From: an uncultured Clostridia bacterium
GTDB taxonomy: Bacteria > Bacillota > Clostridia > Christensenellales > UBA1242
NCBI GenBank assembly: GCA_944384395.1
Contig: CALWTD010000035.1
Coordinates: 565 to 64,564 of the forward strand
Direction: 5' to 3'
DNA length: 64,000 nt
Shown here: piece by piece, positions 42,808 to 50,056 of the stretch
Position numbering within the stretch: the first letter of the stretch is position 1
Layout: each line of letters opens with the position of its first letter
Notes under the pieces: generated by a model
What the model was told of the DNA's origin: nothing
Database searches by the model: none
The model's input: the letters and a program-made list of their open reading frames with translations, nothing else
Made by a program: the position numbers and the translations under genes

Positions 42808-43691
42808 TGAATAAAATCATTATCATTTATGGTCCAACTGCAATAGGGAAAAGTGATATTGCTGTTGAGTTAGCAAAAAAAATAAACGCCGAAATAATTT
42901 CTGCTGACAGTATGCAAATATATAAAGAAATAGATATTGGTTCGGCAAAAATAACAAAAGAAGAAATGCAAGGAATTAGGCATCATTTAATTGATTTTAA
43001 AGATGTGTTTGACACTTATAGTGTTTATGATTTTGTTAATGATTGCAACAAAAAAATAGATGAAATACAAAAAAGAAACAAAAATATTATAATTGTTGGA
43101 GGTACTGGACTTTATATTAAAGCACTTACAGAAAATTACAACTATGGCAAAGTTAATAAAAATGAAGAACTAAGAAAACAATTAAACAATTTAGAGCCAT
43201 GCGAACTTGTTAACATTTTAAAATCTTACAATAAAGAAGTAAAGCAAGACGATTTAAACAATAAGCAGCGTTTAATTAGATATATTGAAATTGCAAAGAG
43301 TGGAACAATTCAAACAAAAAAAGATTTTGATAATAGATTTATGCTTTTTGGATTATATCAAGATAGAGAAAAACTTTACAACAAAATCAACAAACGAGTT
43401 GATTTGATGGTTGAAAATGGACTTTTAAACGAAGCACAAAATTTGTTAAAAAAAGTAAATCCTAATAATCAATGCTTAAAAGCAATAGGGTATAAAGAGT
43501 TGCTACCTTATTTTAACGGCGAAAAAGATTTAATAAGTTGTTTAGATATTTTAAAAAAAAGAACAAGAAACTATGCAAAAAGGCAACTTACTTTTTTTAA
43601 CCAATTTAAAAACATAATAAAAATAAATGTAGAAACAAAACAACAAGCCGTTATGGATATATTAAAAAATATCGAGGAAGAAAATGAATAA
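42807..43691 (+). CDS. miaA: tRNA dimethylallyltransferase
   Basis: P-loop GPTAIGKS, SADSMQIYK and VGGTGLY. Confidence 0.93.
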   Translation: MNKIIIIYGPTAIGKSDIAVELAKKINAEIISADSMQIYKEIDIGSAKITKEEMQGIRHHLIDFKDVFDTYSVYDFVNDCNKKIDEIQKRNKNIIIVGGTGLYIKALTENYNYGKVNKNEELRKQLNNLEPCELVNILKSYNKEVKQDDLNNKQRLIRYIEIAKSGTIQTKKDFDNRFMLFGLYQDREKLYNKINKRVDLMVENGLLNEAQNLLKKVNPNNQCLKAIGYKELLPYFNGEKDLISCLDILKKRTRNYAKRQLTFFNQFKNIIKINVETKQQAVMDILKNIEEENE

Positions 43692-44907
43692 TTACGAAAT
43701 TTTAAAACAATGTGAAAATAATTTAAAAGAACAATTTGAAATACTAGACGAGATAGCATTTTTTAATCAAAAAAAAGTTTTAGATGCTTTTAGAAAAAAT
43801 AATATAGAGACAAGGCATTTTGCAGGGACAACAGGTTATGGATATAGTGATATTGGCAGAGAAAGTTTAGCAAAAGTGTTTAGTGATGTTTTTAAAACAG
43901 AAAAAACATTAGTTTCTCCACTAATTACGTGTGCAACACAAGCATTAAGCATGACACTTTTTGGACTTTTGAGACCAAACGATTTACTTTTGTCTGTAAC
44001 AGGTGGGGTATATGACACAATGTATGAAAATATATTGGGAGTTGATGGTAAAGACAATGGCAGTTTAAAAGATTTTGGAGTAAAATATAAAGAAATTCCA
44101 CTTGCCAACAACGATATAGATTATGATACTGTAAAAAAAGAAGTAGCAAAACTAAAACCAAAAGTTGTTTTTATTCAAAGAAGTAGAGGTTACTCGTCAA
44201 GAAGTGCATTTAGTGTTGAAAAAATTGGAAACCTTATAAAAATAATAAAAGAATTATCTCCTAATTCAATTTGTATGGTAGACAACTGCTATGGCGAATT
44301 TACAGAAAAACAAGAAGCAACAGAGTTTGGCGCCGATTTGATTGTTGGTTCACTTATAAAAAATGCAGGTGGTGGGCTTGCTCCAACAGGTGCTTATGTA
44401 TCTGGTAAAGCAAAATATATTGAAATGGTGGAGCAAAGATTCACTTGCCCATCACTTGGCAGTGAAACAGGTTCATATGAACAAGGTTACAGAATGTTTT
44501 TCCAAGGACTTTTTATGGCTCCACACACAACAATTCAAGCAATGAAAGGTGCATATCTTGTTGGGGAAGTAATGAAGTTAAGAGGTTATAAGGTAACACC
44601 AGAGCAAAATGAAAGAAGTTATGACATAATTAAATCTGTTACATTCAACACAAAAGAAGAACTTATAAAATTTGTTCAACTAATACAAAAAAATTCACCA
44701 GTAGACGCAAATGCTTTGCCACTTCCTTGGGCAATGCCAGGATATAAAGACGAAGTTATAATGGCAGCAGGAACCTTTGTTAGCGGGGCAAGTATTGAGC
44801 TTAGTTGCGATTCGCCAATTAGAGCTCCTTATATTGCGTATTTTCAAGGTGGATTAACATATGAACATATAAAATGTTTGTGTGATGATTTGTTAAATAA
44901 CTACTAA
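43684..44907 (+). CDS. Methionine gamma-lyase-family PLP protein (YnbB / aluminium-resistance-like)
   Basis: The N-terminal pattern ...NQKKVLDAFRKNNIETRHFAGTTGYGYSDIGRE is typical of this family, which commonly follows miaA(-hfq). Confidence 0.75.
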   Translation: MNNYEILKQCENNLKEQFEILDEIAFFNQKKVLDAFRKNNIETRHFAGTTGYGYSDIGRESLAKVFSDVFKTEKTLVSPLITCATQALSMTLFGLLRPNDLLLSVTGGVYDTMYENILGVDGKDNGSLKDFGVKYKEIPLANNDIDYDTVKKEVAKLKPKVVFIQRSRGYSSRSAFSVEKIGNLIKIIKELSPNSICMVDNCYGEFTEKQEATEFGADLIVGSLIKNAGGGLAPTGAYVSGKAKYIEMVEQRFTCPSLGSETGSYEQGYRMFFQGLFMAPHTTIQAMKGAYLVGEVMKLRGYKVTPEQNERSYDIIKSVTFNTKEELIKFVQLIQKNSPVDANALPLPWAMPGYKDEVIMAAGTFVSGASIELSCDSPIRAPYIAYFQGGLTYEHIKCLCDDLLNNY

Positions 44908-44915
44908 ATACAAAT

Positions 44916-44947
44916 AAAAAAGGAGAATCGGCGGTTCTCCTTTTTTG
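44916..44947. terminator. Bidirectional rho-independent terminator
   Basis: A-run, stem GGAGAA..TTCTCC, then T-run. A second small hairpin GTCTTTG/CAAAGAC lies at 44952-44971. Confidence 0.75.
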
Positions 44948-44974
44948 TTGCGTCTTTGCAACGACAAAGACTAG

Positions 44975-45682
44975 CTAACCATAATTGTTAATAGGGCACT
45001 TAATTATGCCATTTGTGTATGTTAGCGAGTTATTTATATTATGGTTATCGCTAGTTTTTACTTTTGCAGTGGTGGACTGTAAATAAAGATTATAAAATCT
45101 CTTTACTCCATGCAAAAGAATTGATTTTTTTAGTGTTGCACTAATATTTTTGCCACAATATTTTTTTCTAGATTTAATAAAATCAACAATAACTACACTA
45201 AGCAAACATATTGATTCTATACCATCTTCCAAAGCATTGGCATATGCCATAACCATAATGTCGTAAATTGCAAGTAATGAGTTTGCAACTAAATACACAA
45301 ACCTAATCTTTTTTATATCTTCATAATATAGTGCAAATGTGTAAAGAATGTAGGTGAGTATTGGAATAATATCCCAAACAGAACTAAAATCTAAACAACC
45401 TACAACTATAAATGAAACGATAAATAAAAAAGCAATAGGTTTTGGCAATTGTTTTTGTGTTTTATCATAATGTAACACAAAAAGATACTGACCACATGAT
45501 AAAAATGTGATAAGTCCCGCACCCCATGAATTAACAAATATGAAAGTTAATCCATAAATTATGTCTCCCATAAGTCCCAAAAATAAAAATGTTTTTTTAT
45601 TTTTAACTAAGTAGGAAACACATAAAAGTACTGTCGCTGTCATGCCGAAAAGTTGAGTAAAAATAAAATTGACATTTGACAT
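44975..45682 (-). CDS. Multi-pass membrane protein, YgjV-like
   Basis: Five to six hydrophobic helices in two similar halves. The N-terminal pattern QLFGMTATVLLCVSYLVKNKK resembles the YgjV family (from memory). Has a hydrophilic C-terminal tail of about 70 aa. No good SD. Confidence 0.5.
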   Translation of the reverse strand: MSNVNFIFTQLFGMTATVLLCVSYLVKNKKTFLFLGLMGDIIYGLTFIFVNSWGAGLITFLSCGQYLFVLHYDKTQKQLPKPIAFLFIVSFIVVGCLDFSSVWDIIPILTYILYTFALYYEDIKKIRFVYLVANSLLAIYDIMVMAYANALEDGIESICLLSVVIVDFIKSRKKYCGKNISATLKKSILLHGVKRFYNLYLQSTTAKVKTSDNHNINNSLTYTNGIIKCPINNYG

Positions 45683-45989
45683 AAAAATATAAAAAAATCC
45701 TTTAAATCGCCAAAAGCTTTTTGCCTTGTTACCATAGATTGATTGTTTAATCTTTTATTAAGCATGCCATTGCGTTTATAGAAAAAACTCCCACATTGTA
45801 AACAAGAACTCTTGACTTAGATTTCTTATGAAAAAGTGCGTCATAAGATATACCAGGACCCGTGATAATGTTTTAGCCACTACTAAGCGTTATACTCGCA
45901 ACTAGCCAGCGAGATAAGTTTTTTTGCAACACCAACGCGCGTAGGGCACTTTTAACAGTCCCAAAACATTATAAATCTATGCCTGATAC
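45683..45989 (-). ncRNA. Unclassified structured leader or ncRNA candidate
   Basis: No ORF of 60 aa or more on either strand, and G+C is visibly above the flanks. It starts just downstream of a near-consensus promoter. Hairpins at 45944-45962, 45890-45918 and 45825-45847. Long-range pairing CATAGATT (45733-45740) / AATCTATG (45974-45981). Confidence 0.4.
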
Positions 45990-45995
45990 TTTATT

Positions 45996-46024
45996 ATTAT
46001 ATCACAACTTATTAAAATATGCAA
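45996..46024 (-). promoter_or_regulatory. Sigma-A-type promoter (minus strand) driving the structured RNA and the YgjV-like gene
   Basis: On the minus strand: TTGCAT (46024-46019), 17-nt spacer, TATAAT (46001-45996), with TG at -15/-14. Confidence 0.6.
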
Positions 46025-46034
46025 CACTCATATA

Positions 46035-46063
46035 AACAAAAAATAGTTCTATGAAAGAACTAT
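46035..46063 (-). terminator. Rho-independent terminator of the spoIIA operon
   Basis: On the minus strand: stem ATAGTTCT / AGAACTAT followed by TTTTTT, immediately after the sigF stop. Confidence 0.8.
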
Positions 46064-46789
46064 TTACATTAATGATAGTTTATCTCTAATTTTTTCAAGC
46101 ACTTTGTTTTCTAATCTAGAAACTTGAACTTGACTAACTCCTAGAACTTTTGCAATTTCACTTTGTGTTTTGTCTCTAAAAAATCTTAATAAAATTATTT
46201 TTTTATCTCTTTTATCAAGAGATTTTAAAGTTTCTTTTAAAAGCAAATTGTCAATCATTTCTTCATGTGAATTGTCTGGATTTAGTCTGTCAATTAAAAG
46301 CAAACTTTTTGAATCGTCTTCAAAAGGGGTATAAATAGATATTGGCATTATTGCTGAGTCCATTATAAACATAACTTCACTTTCGTCAATATCAAAATGT
46401 TTTGCTATTTCGTTTGGGGTTGGTTTTCTAAAATTTTGTTTGTTAAATTCGTCGATGTATTTTTTTATCTTTAAATTAAAGGTTTTTATTGTTCTTGAAA
46501 CTTTAATTGCACCATCATCTCGCATAAATCTTTTGATTTCTCCAATAACCATAGGGACAACATATGTTGAAAATTTAACATTAAACTTTTCGTCAAAATT
46601 GTTTATTGCTTTAAGTAAACCTATTGTTCCTATTTGATATAAATCATCGTATTCAACGCCTTTATGCAAAAATCTTTTAATTAAACTTTTAATAAGGGGA
46701 GAGTTTTCTTCAAAAATAATGGTTTTAGCATCTTCATCACCATTTTTTGCTTTTTTGATCAACTCTAAAGTTTTTTCTTGGTCAAGCAC
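46064..46789 (-). CDS. sigF: Sporulation sigma factor SigF (GTG start)
   Basis: Sigma-70 regions 2-4 (DDLYQIGTIGLLKAINNFD, SQSEIAKVLGVSQVQVSRLE). Third gene of the spoIIAA-spoIIAB operon. The GTG start overlaps the spoIIAB stop (TAGTG). Confidence 0.9.
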   Translation of the reverse strand: MLDQEKTLELIKKAKNGDEDAKTIIFEENSPLIKSLIKRFLHKGVEYDDLYQIGTIGLLKAINNFDEKFNVKFSTYVVPMVIGEIKRFMRDDGAIKVSRTIKTFNLKIKKYIDEFNKQNFRKPTPNEIAKHFDIDESEVMFIMDSAIMPISIYTPFEDDSKSLLLIDRLNPDNSHEEMIDNLLLKETLKSLDKRDKKIILLRFFRDKTQSEIAKVLGVSQVQVSRLENKVLEKIRDKLSLM

Positions 46790-47238
46790 TATTCACCAAC
46801 GGCAATATTATTTTGTCTTTTAAAAAACTTTTGCATTTTAACTATTAAACCTTTATTTGTATTGTTTTTAAGTTCCAAATTATCCATAAAACTTTCCATA
46901 ACGGCAAACCCCATGCCACTGCGTTCCTCGTCTGGTTTTGATGTGTAAAAAGGTTCTTTGGCTTTTTCAAAATCTTCTATGCCAATTCCATTGTCGATTA
47001 TTTCTATATCTACGCTATTGTCATATAATTTAACTTTAATGCAAACATTTCCCGGTATACTTGGATATGCGTGCACAACACAATTTGTGACGGCCTCGGA
47101 TACTGCTGTTTTTATATCTGTTATCTCATCTAAACTAGGGTTGGCTTGAACGCAAAATGCTGCAACACATGAACGTGCAAATCCTTCATTTATTGAAAGT
47201 GCTTTAAAATTTAATTCCATTTCGTTTAATAATTTCAT
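46789..47238 (-). CDS. spoIIAB: Anti-sigma F factor (serine kinase) SpoIIAB
   Basis: GHKL kinase motifs (AVSEAVTNCVVHAY, DNGIGIED, SGMGF) and operon context. Confidence 0.92.
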   Translation of the reverse strand: MKLLNEMELNFKALSINEGFARSCVAAFCVQANPSLDEITDIKTAVSEAVTNCVVHAYPSIPGNVCIKVKLYDNSVDIEIIDNGIGIEDFEKAKEPFYTSKPDEERSGMGFAVMESFMDNLELKNNTNKGLIVKMQKFFKRQNNIAVGE

Positions 47239-47249
47239 TATTTTCTCCT

Positions 47250-47558
47250 TTATGATATTTTTGGCATAATTTCATATAAGCCTGTCATTTTAAAAATTCT
47301 TTCGGCATGGGTTGATGGATTGCATATAAAAATTGGAATTTGTTTATCTTTCATTCTTTTATACCTTCCAATTAAAACACCAATACCTGTGCTATCCATA
47401 AAATCAAGTTCGGATAAGTCAATAATAATTTGTTTAAATTTTGGCATGTCAAAAATCTCATCTAGACTGATTCTTGCATGATATGCCGAATGTTCATCTA
47501 GTTCTCCACTTAAAACAACATATAATGTGTTTTCGTAAACTCTGTGTTTAATTTGCAT
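47250..47558 (-). CDS. spoIIAA: Anti-sigma F factor antagonist SpoIIAA (STAS)
   Basis: STAS domain with the phosphorylatable DSTGIGVL motif. GGAGG RBS. Confidence 0.9.
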   Translation of the reverse strand: MQIKHRVYENTLYVVLSGELDEHSAYHARISLDEIFDMPKFKQIIIDLSELDFMDSTGIGVLIGRYKRMKDKQIPIFICNPSTHAERIFKMTGLYEIMPKIS

Positions 47559-47819
47559 CCTTTGTGCCTCCTTGAAAAAAGTGTAACACTTATATAATTA
47601 AAAAAAATAAATAAGAATGTAGTATAAAGTCGAATTATTAGATTGATTAAATAATGAAAAAGGAAAAAAATAGAATATATGAATTCAACAAATAAAACAA
47701 AATATAAAATATTGGAATATAATAAAATATTAAATTTTACAATTAGTTGTGTGATGAAAAAATTTAAAATATACTTAAAAATTTTTGCAAAAATTGTTTA
47801 AAAATATTTAAAAAAACAC

Positions 47820-47848
47820 TTGACAACAAATCGTATTTATAATAATAT
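47820..47848 (+). promoter_or_regulatory. Sigma-A-type promoter of the tRNA operon
   Basis: TTGACA, 17-nt spacer, TAATAT, about 20 nt upstream of tRNA-Pro. Confidence 0.55.
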
Positions 47849-47867
47849 TGATACTGTCGCAAGGTAG

Positions 47868-47943
47868 CGGGGTGTAGCGCAGTTGGTAGCGCACGTGGTT
47901 TGGGACCATGGGGCCGGGAGTTCGAGTCTCTTCACCCCGACCA
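47868..47943 (+). tRNA. tRNA-Pro (anticodon TGG)
   Basis: Manual cloverleaf: acceptor CGGGGTG/CACCCCG, anticodon loop TTTGGGA, T-loop TTCGAGT, encoded CCA. Confidence 0.9.
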
Positions 47944-47952
47944 TAAAAATAA

Positions 47953-48029
47953 GGGTCTTTAGCTCAGTTGGTTAGAGCAACCGGCTCATAACCGGTCGGT
48001 CCGGGGTTCGAGTCCCTGAAGACCCACCA
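47953..48029 (+). tRNA. tRNA with CAT anticodon (elongator Met or lysidine-modified Ile2; not an initiator)
   Basis: Acceptor GGGTCTT/AAGACCC, anticodon loop CTCATAA, G1-C72 paired, and no GGG/CCC in the anticodon stem. The body resembles my recollection of Bacillus tRNA-Ile2. Confidence 0.85.
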
Positions 48030-48049
48030 ATTACCTAGACAAACATATT

Positions 48050-48126
48050 GGTTCGGTAGTTCAGTTGGTTAGAACGCTAGCCTGTCACGCTAGAGGTCGT
48101 GGGTTCGAACCCCATCCGGATCGCCA
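48050..48126 (+). tRNA. tRNA-Asp (anticodon GTC)
   Basis: Acceptor GGTTCGG/CCGGATC, anticodon loop CTGTCAC, T-loop TTCGAAC, CCA. Confidence 0.9.
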
Positions 48127-48129
48127 TTT

Positions 48130-48205
48130 GCCTCGGTAGCTCAGTCGGTAGAGCAAAGGACTTAAAATCCTTGTGTCGGTGGTTCGATTCCGCCCCGCGG
48201 CACCA
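48130..48205 (+). tRNA. Class-I tRNA with a Phe-type body but anticodon TAA (Leu codons UUA/UUG)
   Basis: 76-nt cloverleaf with anticodon stem AAGGA/TCCTT, loop CTTAAAA (T34 at 48163) and a 5-nt variable loop. It carries U20, G44, U45, U59, U60 and A73 as in tRNA-Phe. U4-C69 mismatch in the acceptor. CCA is encoded. Confidence 0.7.
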
Positions 48206-48310
48206 AAGTGTGGGCAATGCCGACACTTAAAAATCAACGTTTTATTTCCCCCTTATTATTTGGTAGTGCTAGGTTTTGTTGATTTTCCTAACATAAAACT
48301 ACTAAATTAT

Positions 48311-48382
48311 GCTAGTGTGGCTCAACGGTAGAAAAACTGATTTGTAATCAGCAGGTTGTTGGTGCGATTCAAATCACTAGCT
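48311..48382 (+). pseudogene. Degenerate tRNA-Thr(TGT)-like element
   Basis: Acceptor GCTAGTG/CACTAGC is intact and the anticodon loop is TTTGTAA. However, the D-stem is GCTC/GAAA (2 mismatches), the T-stem has a mismatch, the T-loop is TGCGATT (G at invariant position 55), there is an A27-C43 mismatch, and no CCA (TACA). Confidence 0.55.
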
Positions 48383-48384
48383 AC

Positions 48385-48418
48385 AAAAAAACAAGCATTA
48401 TTGCTTGTTTTTTTTTTG
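48385..48418 (+). terminator. Rho-independent terminator of the tRNA operon
   Basis: Stem ACAAGCA / TGCTTGT followed by a 10-nt T-run. Confidence 0.85.
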
Positions 48419-48447
48419 TAAAAATATAAAATATTTTTATAAAATCA

Positions 48448-48476
48448 TTGACAAGTATATTTTTTTTTAGTATCAT
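48448..48476 (+). promoter_or_regulatory. Sigma-A-type promoter for tRNA-Tyr
   Basis: TTGACA, 17-nt spacer, TATCAT. Confidence 0.5.
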
Positions 48477-48499
48477 GAAAAAGCATGAAAAATGCACAA

Positions 48500-48584
48500 G
48501 GGTAGGTTGCAGAGCGGTCAAATGCAACGGACTGTAAATCCGTCGGCTTCGCCTTCGATGGTTCGAATCCATCCCTGCCCACCA
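48500..48584 (+). tRNA. tRNA-Tyr (anticodon GTA), class II
   Basis: Acceptor GGGTAGG/CCTGCCC, anticodon loop CTGTAAA, long variable arm, T-loop TTCGAAT, CCA. Confidence 0.9.
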
Positions 48585-48595
48585 TACAAAAATAT

Positions 48596-48634
48596 GCTGA
48601 ATACCTTATAAACAAAGGTGTTCAGCTTTTTTTA
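48596..48634 (+). terminator. Rho-independent terminator
   Basis: 10-bp stem GCTGAATACC / GGTGTTCAGC followed by TTTTTTT. Confidence 0.8.
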
Positions 48635-48730
48635 TTGTTTGTTATAAAAAAGTTGAATTTTAACAAAAATATGCAAAATGTTGTGCAAAATGCTAAAAAA
48701 ACTGCTCCAAAAACTTATCCAAATTTCTAG

Positions 48731-50056
48731 TTAGTTTATTATTAATTTTTCTATCTTTGGTGGTTTATTTGGCTTTACAACTTGTATTTTTTTTGTTATC
48801 TTGTCAATTTTTTCGTCAATTTTACTTACATTTTCAAGTTGATTGTTTTCACTTGTTGTTATTGTGTCTTCTGTATTTTCTCTATAACAATAGTTGTGTA
48901 TTTTTCTGTGGCAATAGGGACAGTAAAAACAATCATCTTCGTCGTTATAGTTGTTATTATATTCACTGTCTTGTGAATCATCAATAATTTCATTGTTATC
49001 ATTTAGTGGTTTGTATGTGTCTATGTTTTTATAACTTCCAAAAGTATCTATATTTGGCATATATGGATTATAGTTTGTGTAAGGTGAATAGGGAAACATT
49101 CCATAACCATTCCCACCAAAACCTCTAAATGCACCATATCCACCATATCCATAATATGGATTTGTTATTCCATAACCACCATAACTATAATTGTTATATG
49201 GGTAATTATTTGGATAGTTATATGCTCGATTGTTATTTATATAATTATCATTGTTAGTTTTATTATTGTTTATACTTGTTTTTTTGTTTTGAGTATTATT
49301 AGATTTATATGTGTCTATATTTGACCATGTTTTTTTTGTTGTTTCTATGTTATCAAACATTTCTTCCATAACATTTTCAAGTTCATCAATATCATAGCAA
49401 ATATTGTTTAGATATGTGTTTCTTGTTTGAAGACATGATGATAGATTTGTATATTCATTGTATGTGTCAGAACTTTCATATCCGTTGACTTGTTTCTCTT
49501 TTAGTTTCTTATAAGAGTTTTTTACATCATTTTTAGTTATTTCTAAACGATTTGTGTTTAATAAAAGTTTACTGCATAAGTTTTTTGATTTTTTTGATAT
49601 TTCACTGTTTAATGTTATTTTTTTATCTTGAAATTGTGTACAAATAACTTTTATGTTGTTTGTTTTAAGCATTATATATTTCAATAAATTTTCTGTATTG
49701 TCATTTAAGTATGTTATTTCTTGAGATATTTGGCTAAATTTGTTTGGTTGATTAAAAATATTTTCATTTAAACTTGTAAAAGTTGAACCATTATATCCTG
49801 TTCCTTCTTCTTCAAAGTTATCAGAAGGTGTGTAAGTTACAATCTCACGCTCGGAGTTTGTACCCTTTTCTTTTATTTGATTTACATTATTGTTAAAAAT
49901 ATCATTAGATGAAATTTGATAAACATTTGATGCAACAGTCTCTATTTTGTCCATAGTTTCTTTGATTGTGTTTATTGTAGTTTGAGTATTATTATTGCAA
50001 CCTATTGTTAAAACAGATACAAAAACTAAAACTAATATTACAAGAAGTTTTTTCAT
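48731..50056 (-). CDS. Probable lipoprotein with an Asn/Tyr/Gly-rich low-complexity region and a C-terminal Cys cluster
   Basis: Signal peptide ending LTIGC. Central NNYPYNNYSYGGYGITNPYYGYGGYGAFRGFGGNGYG. NIDTYK occurs twice, plus a degenerate NIDTFGSYK. CFYCPYCHRKIHNYC. GGAGG RBS. Confidence 0.6.
   Translation of the reverse strand: MKKLLVILVLVFVSVLTIGCNNNTQTTINTIKETMDKIETVASNVYQISSNDIFNNNVNQIKEKGTNSEREIVTYTPSDNFEEEGTGYNGSTFTSLNENIFNQPNKFSQISQEITYLNDNTENLLKYIMLKTNNIKVICTQFQDKKITLNSEISKKSKNLCSKLLLNTNRLEITKNDVKNSYKKLKEKQVNGYESSDTYNEYTNLSSCLQTRNTYLNNICYDIDELENVMEEMFDNIETTKKTWSNIDTYKSNNTQNKKTSINNNKTNNDNYINNNRAYNYPNNYPYNNYSYGGYGITNPYYGYGGYGAFRGFGGNGYGMFPYSPYTNYNPYMPNIDTFGSYKNIDTYKPLNDNNEIIDDSQDSEYNNNYNDEDDCFYCPYCHRKIHNYCYRENTEDTITTSENNQLENVSKIDEKIDKITKKIQVVKPNKPPKIEKLIIN

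Noticed and set aside
44952-44971. Hairpin GTCTTTG/CAAAGAC as a separate terminator for the YgjV-like gene
   Set aside because: On the minus strand it is not followed by a T-run. The adjacent bidirectional terminator (44916-44947) is sufficient.
45683-45989. Tried to assign the structured region to T-box, SRP/scRNA, RNase P, tmRNA or 6S RNA
   Set aside because: - T-box: there are no AGAGA/GGUGNRA stem-I elements and no GGUGGUACCGCG box; only a weak UAUGGUAACAAGG resemblance near 45728-45740.
- SRP: no GGAAGGAAGCAGC.
- RNase P: no GAGGAAAGUCC.
- tmRNA: no tRNA-like ends or tag ORF.
- 6S: cannot be excluded but is not supported, because at about 300 nt the region is longer than usual and I could not trace a rod-like fold.
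47628-47634. AGTCGAA heptamers as Spo0A boxes upstream of spoIIAA (also at 59692-59698 upstream of rny)
   Set aside because: Each is a single copy with a mismatch to TGNCGAA, in very AT-rich DNA. I could not find an accompanying sigma-H promoter (AGGA...GAAT). This is too weak to report as a feature.
48262-48303. D-arm-like string TTGGTAGTGC and a stem-loop as a further tRNA relic
   Set aside because: Only a 6+4 bp stem with a 13-nt loop is present. There is no acceptor stem, anticodon arm or T-arm, so it cannot be called a tRNA. It is mentioned only within the spacer finding.
48381-48572. 63-aa minus-strand ORF (MDSNHRRRSRRIY...)
   Set aside because: It is antisense to tRNA-Tyr (48500-48584), its promoter and the preceding terminator. 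The Arg-rich translation is the typical artefact of reading a tRNA gene backwards.
47868-48640. tRNA cluster as an integration site for a prophage or genomic island
   Set aside because: There is no integrase, recombinase or phage-like gene within reach, and I could find no direct repeat of a tRNA 3' end. The flanking genes are core sporulation genes.
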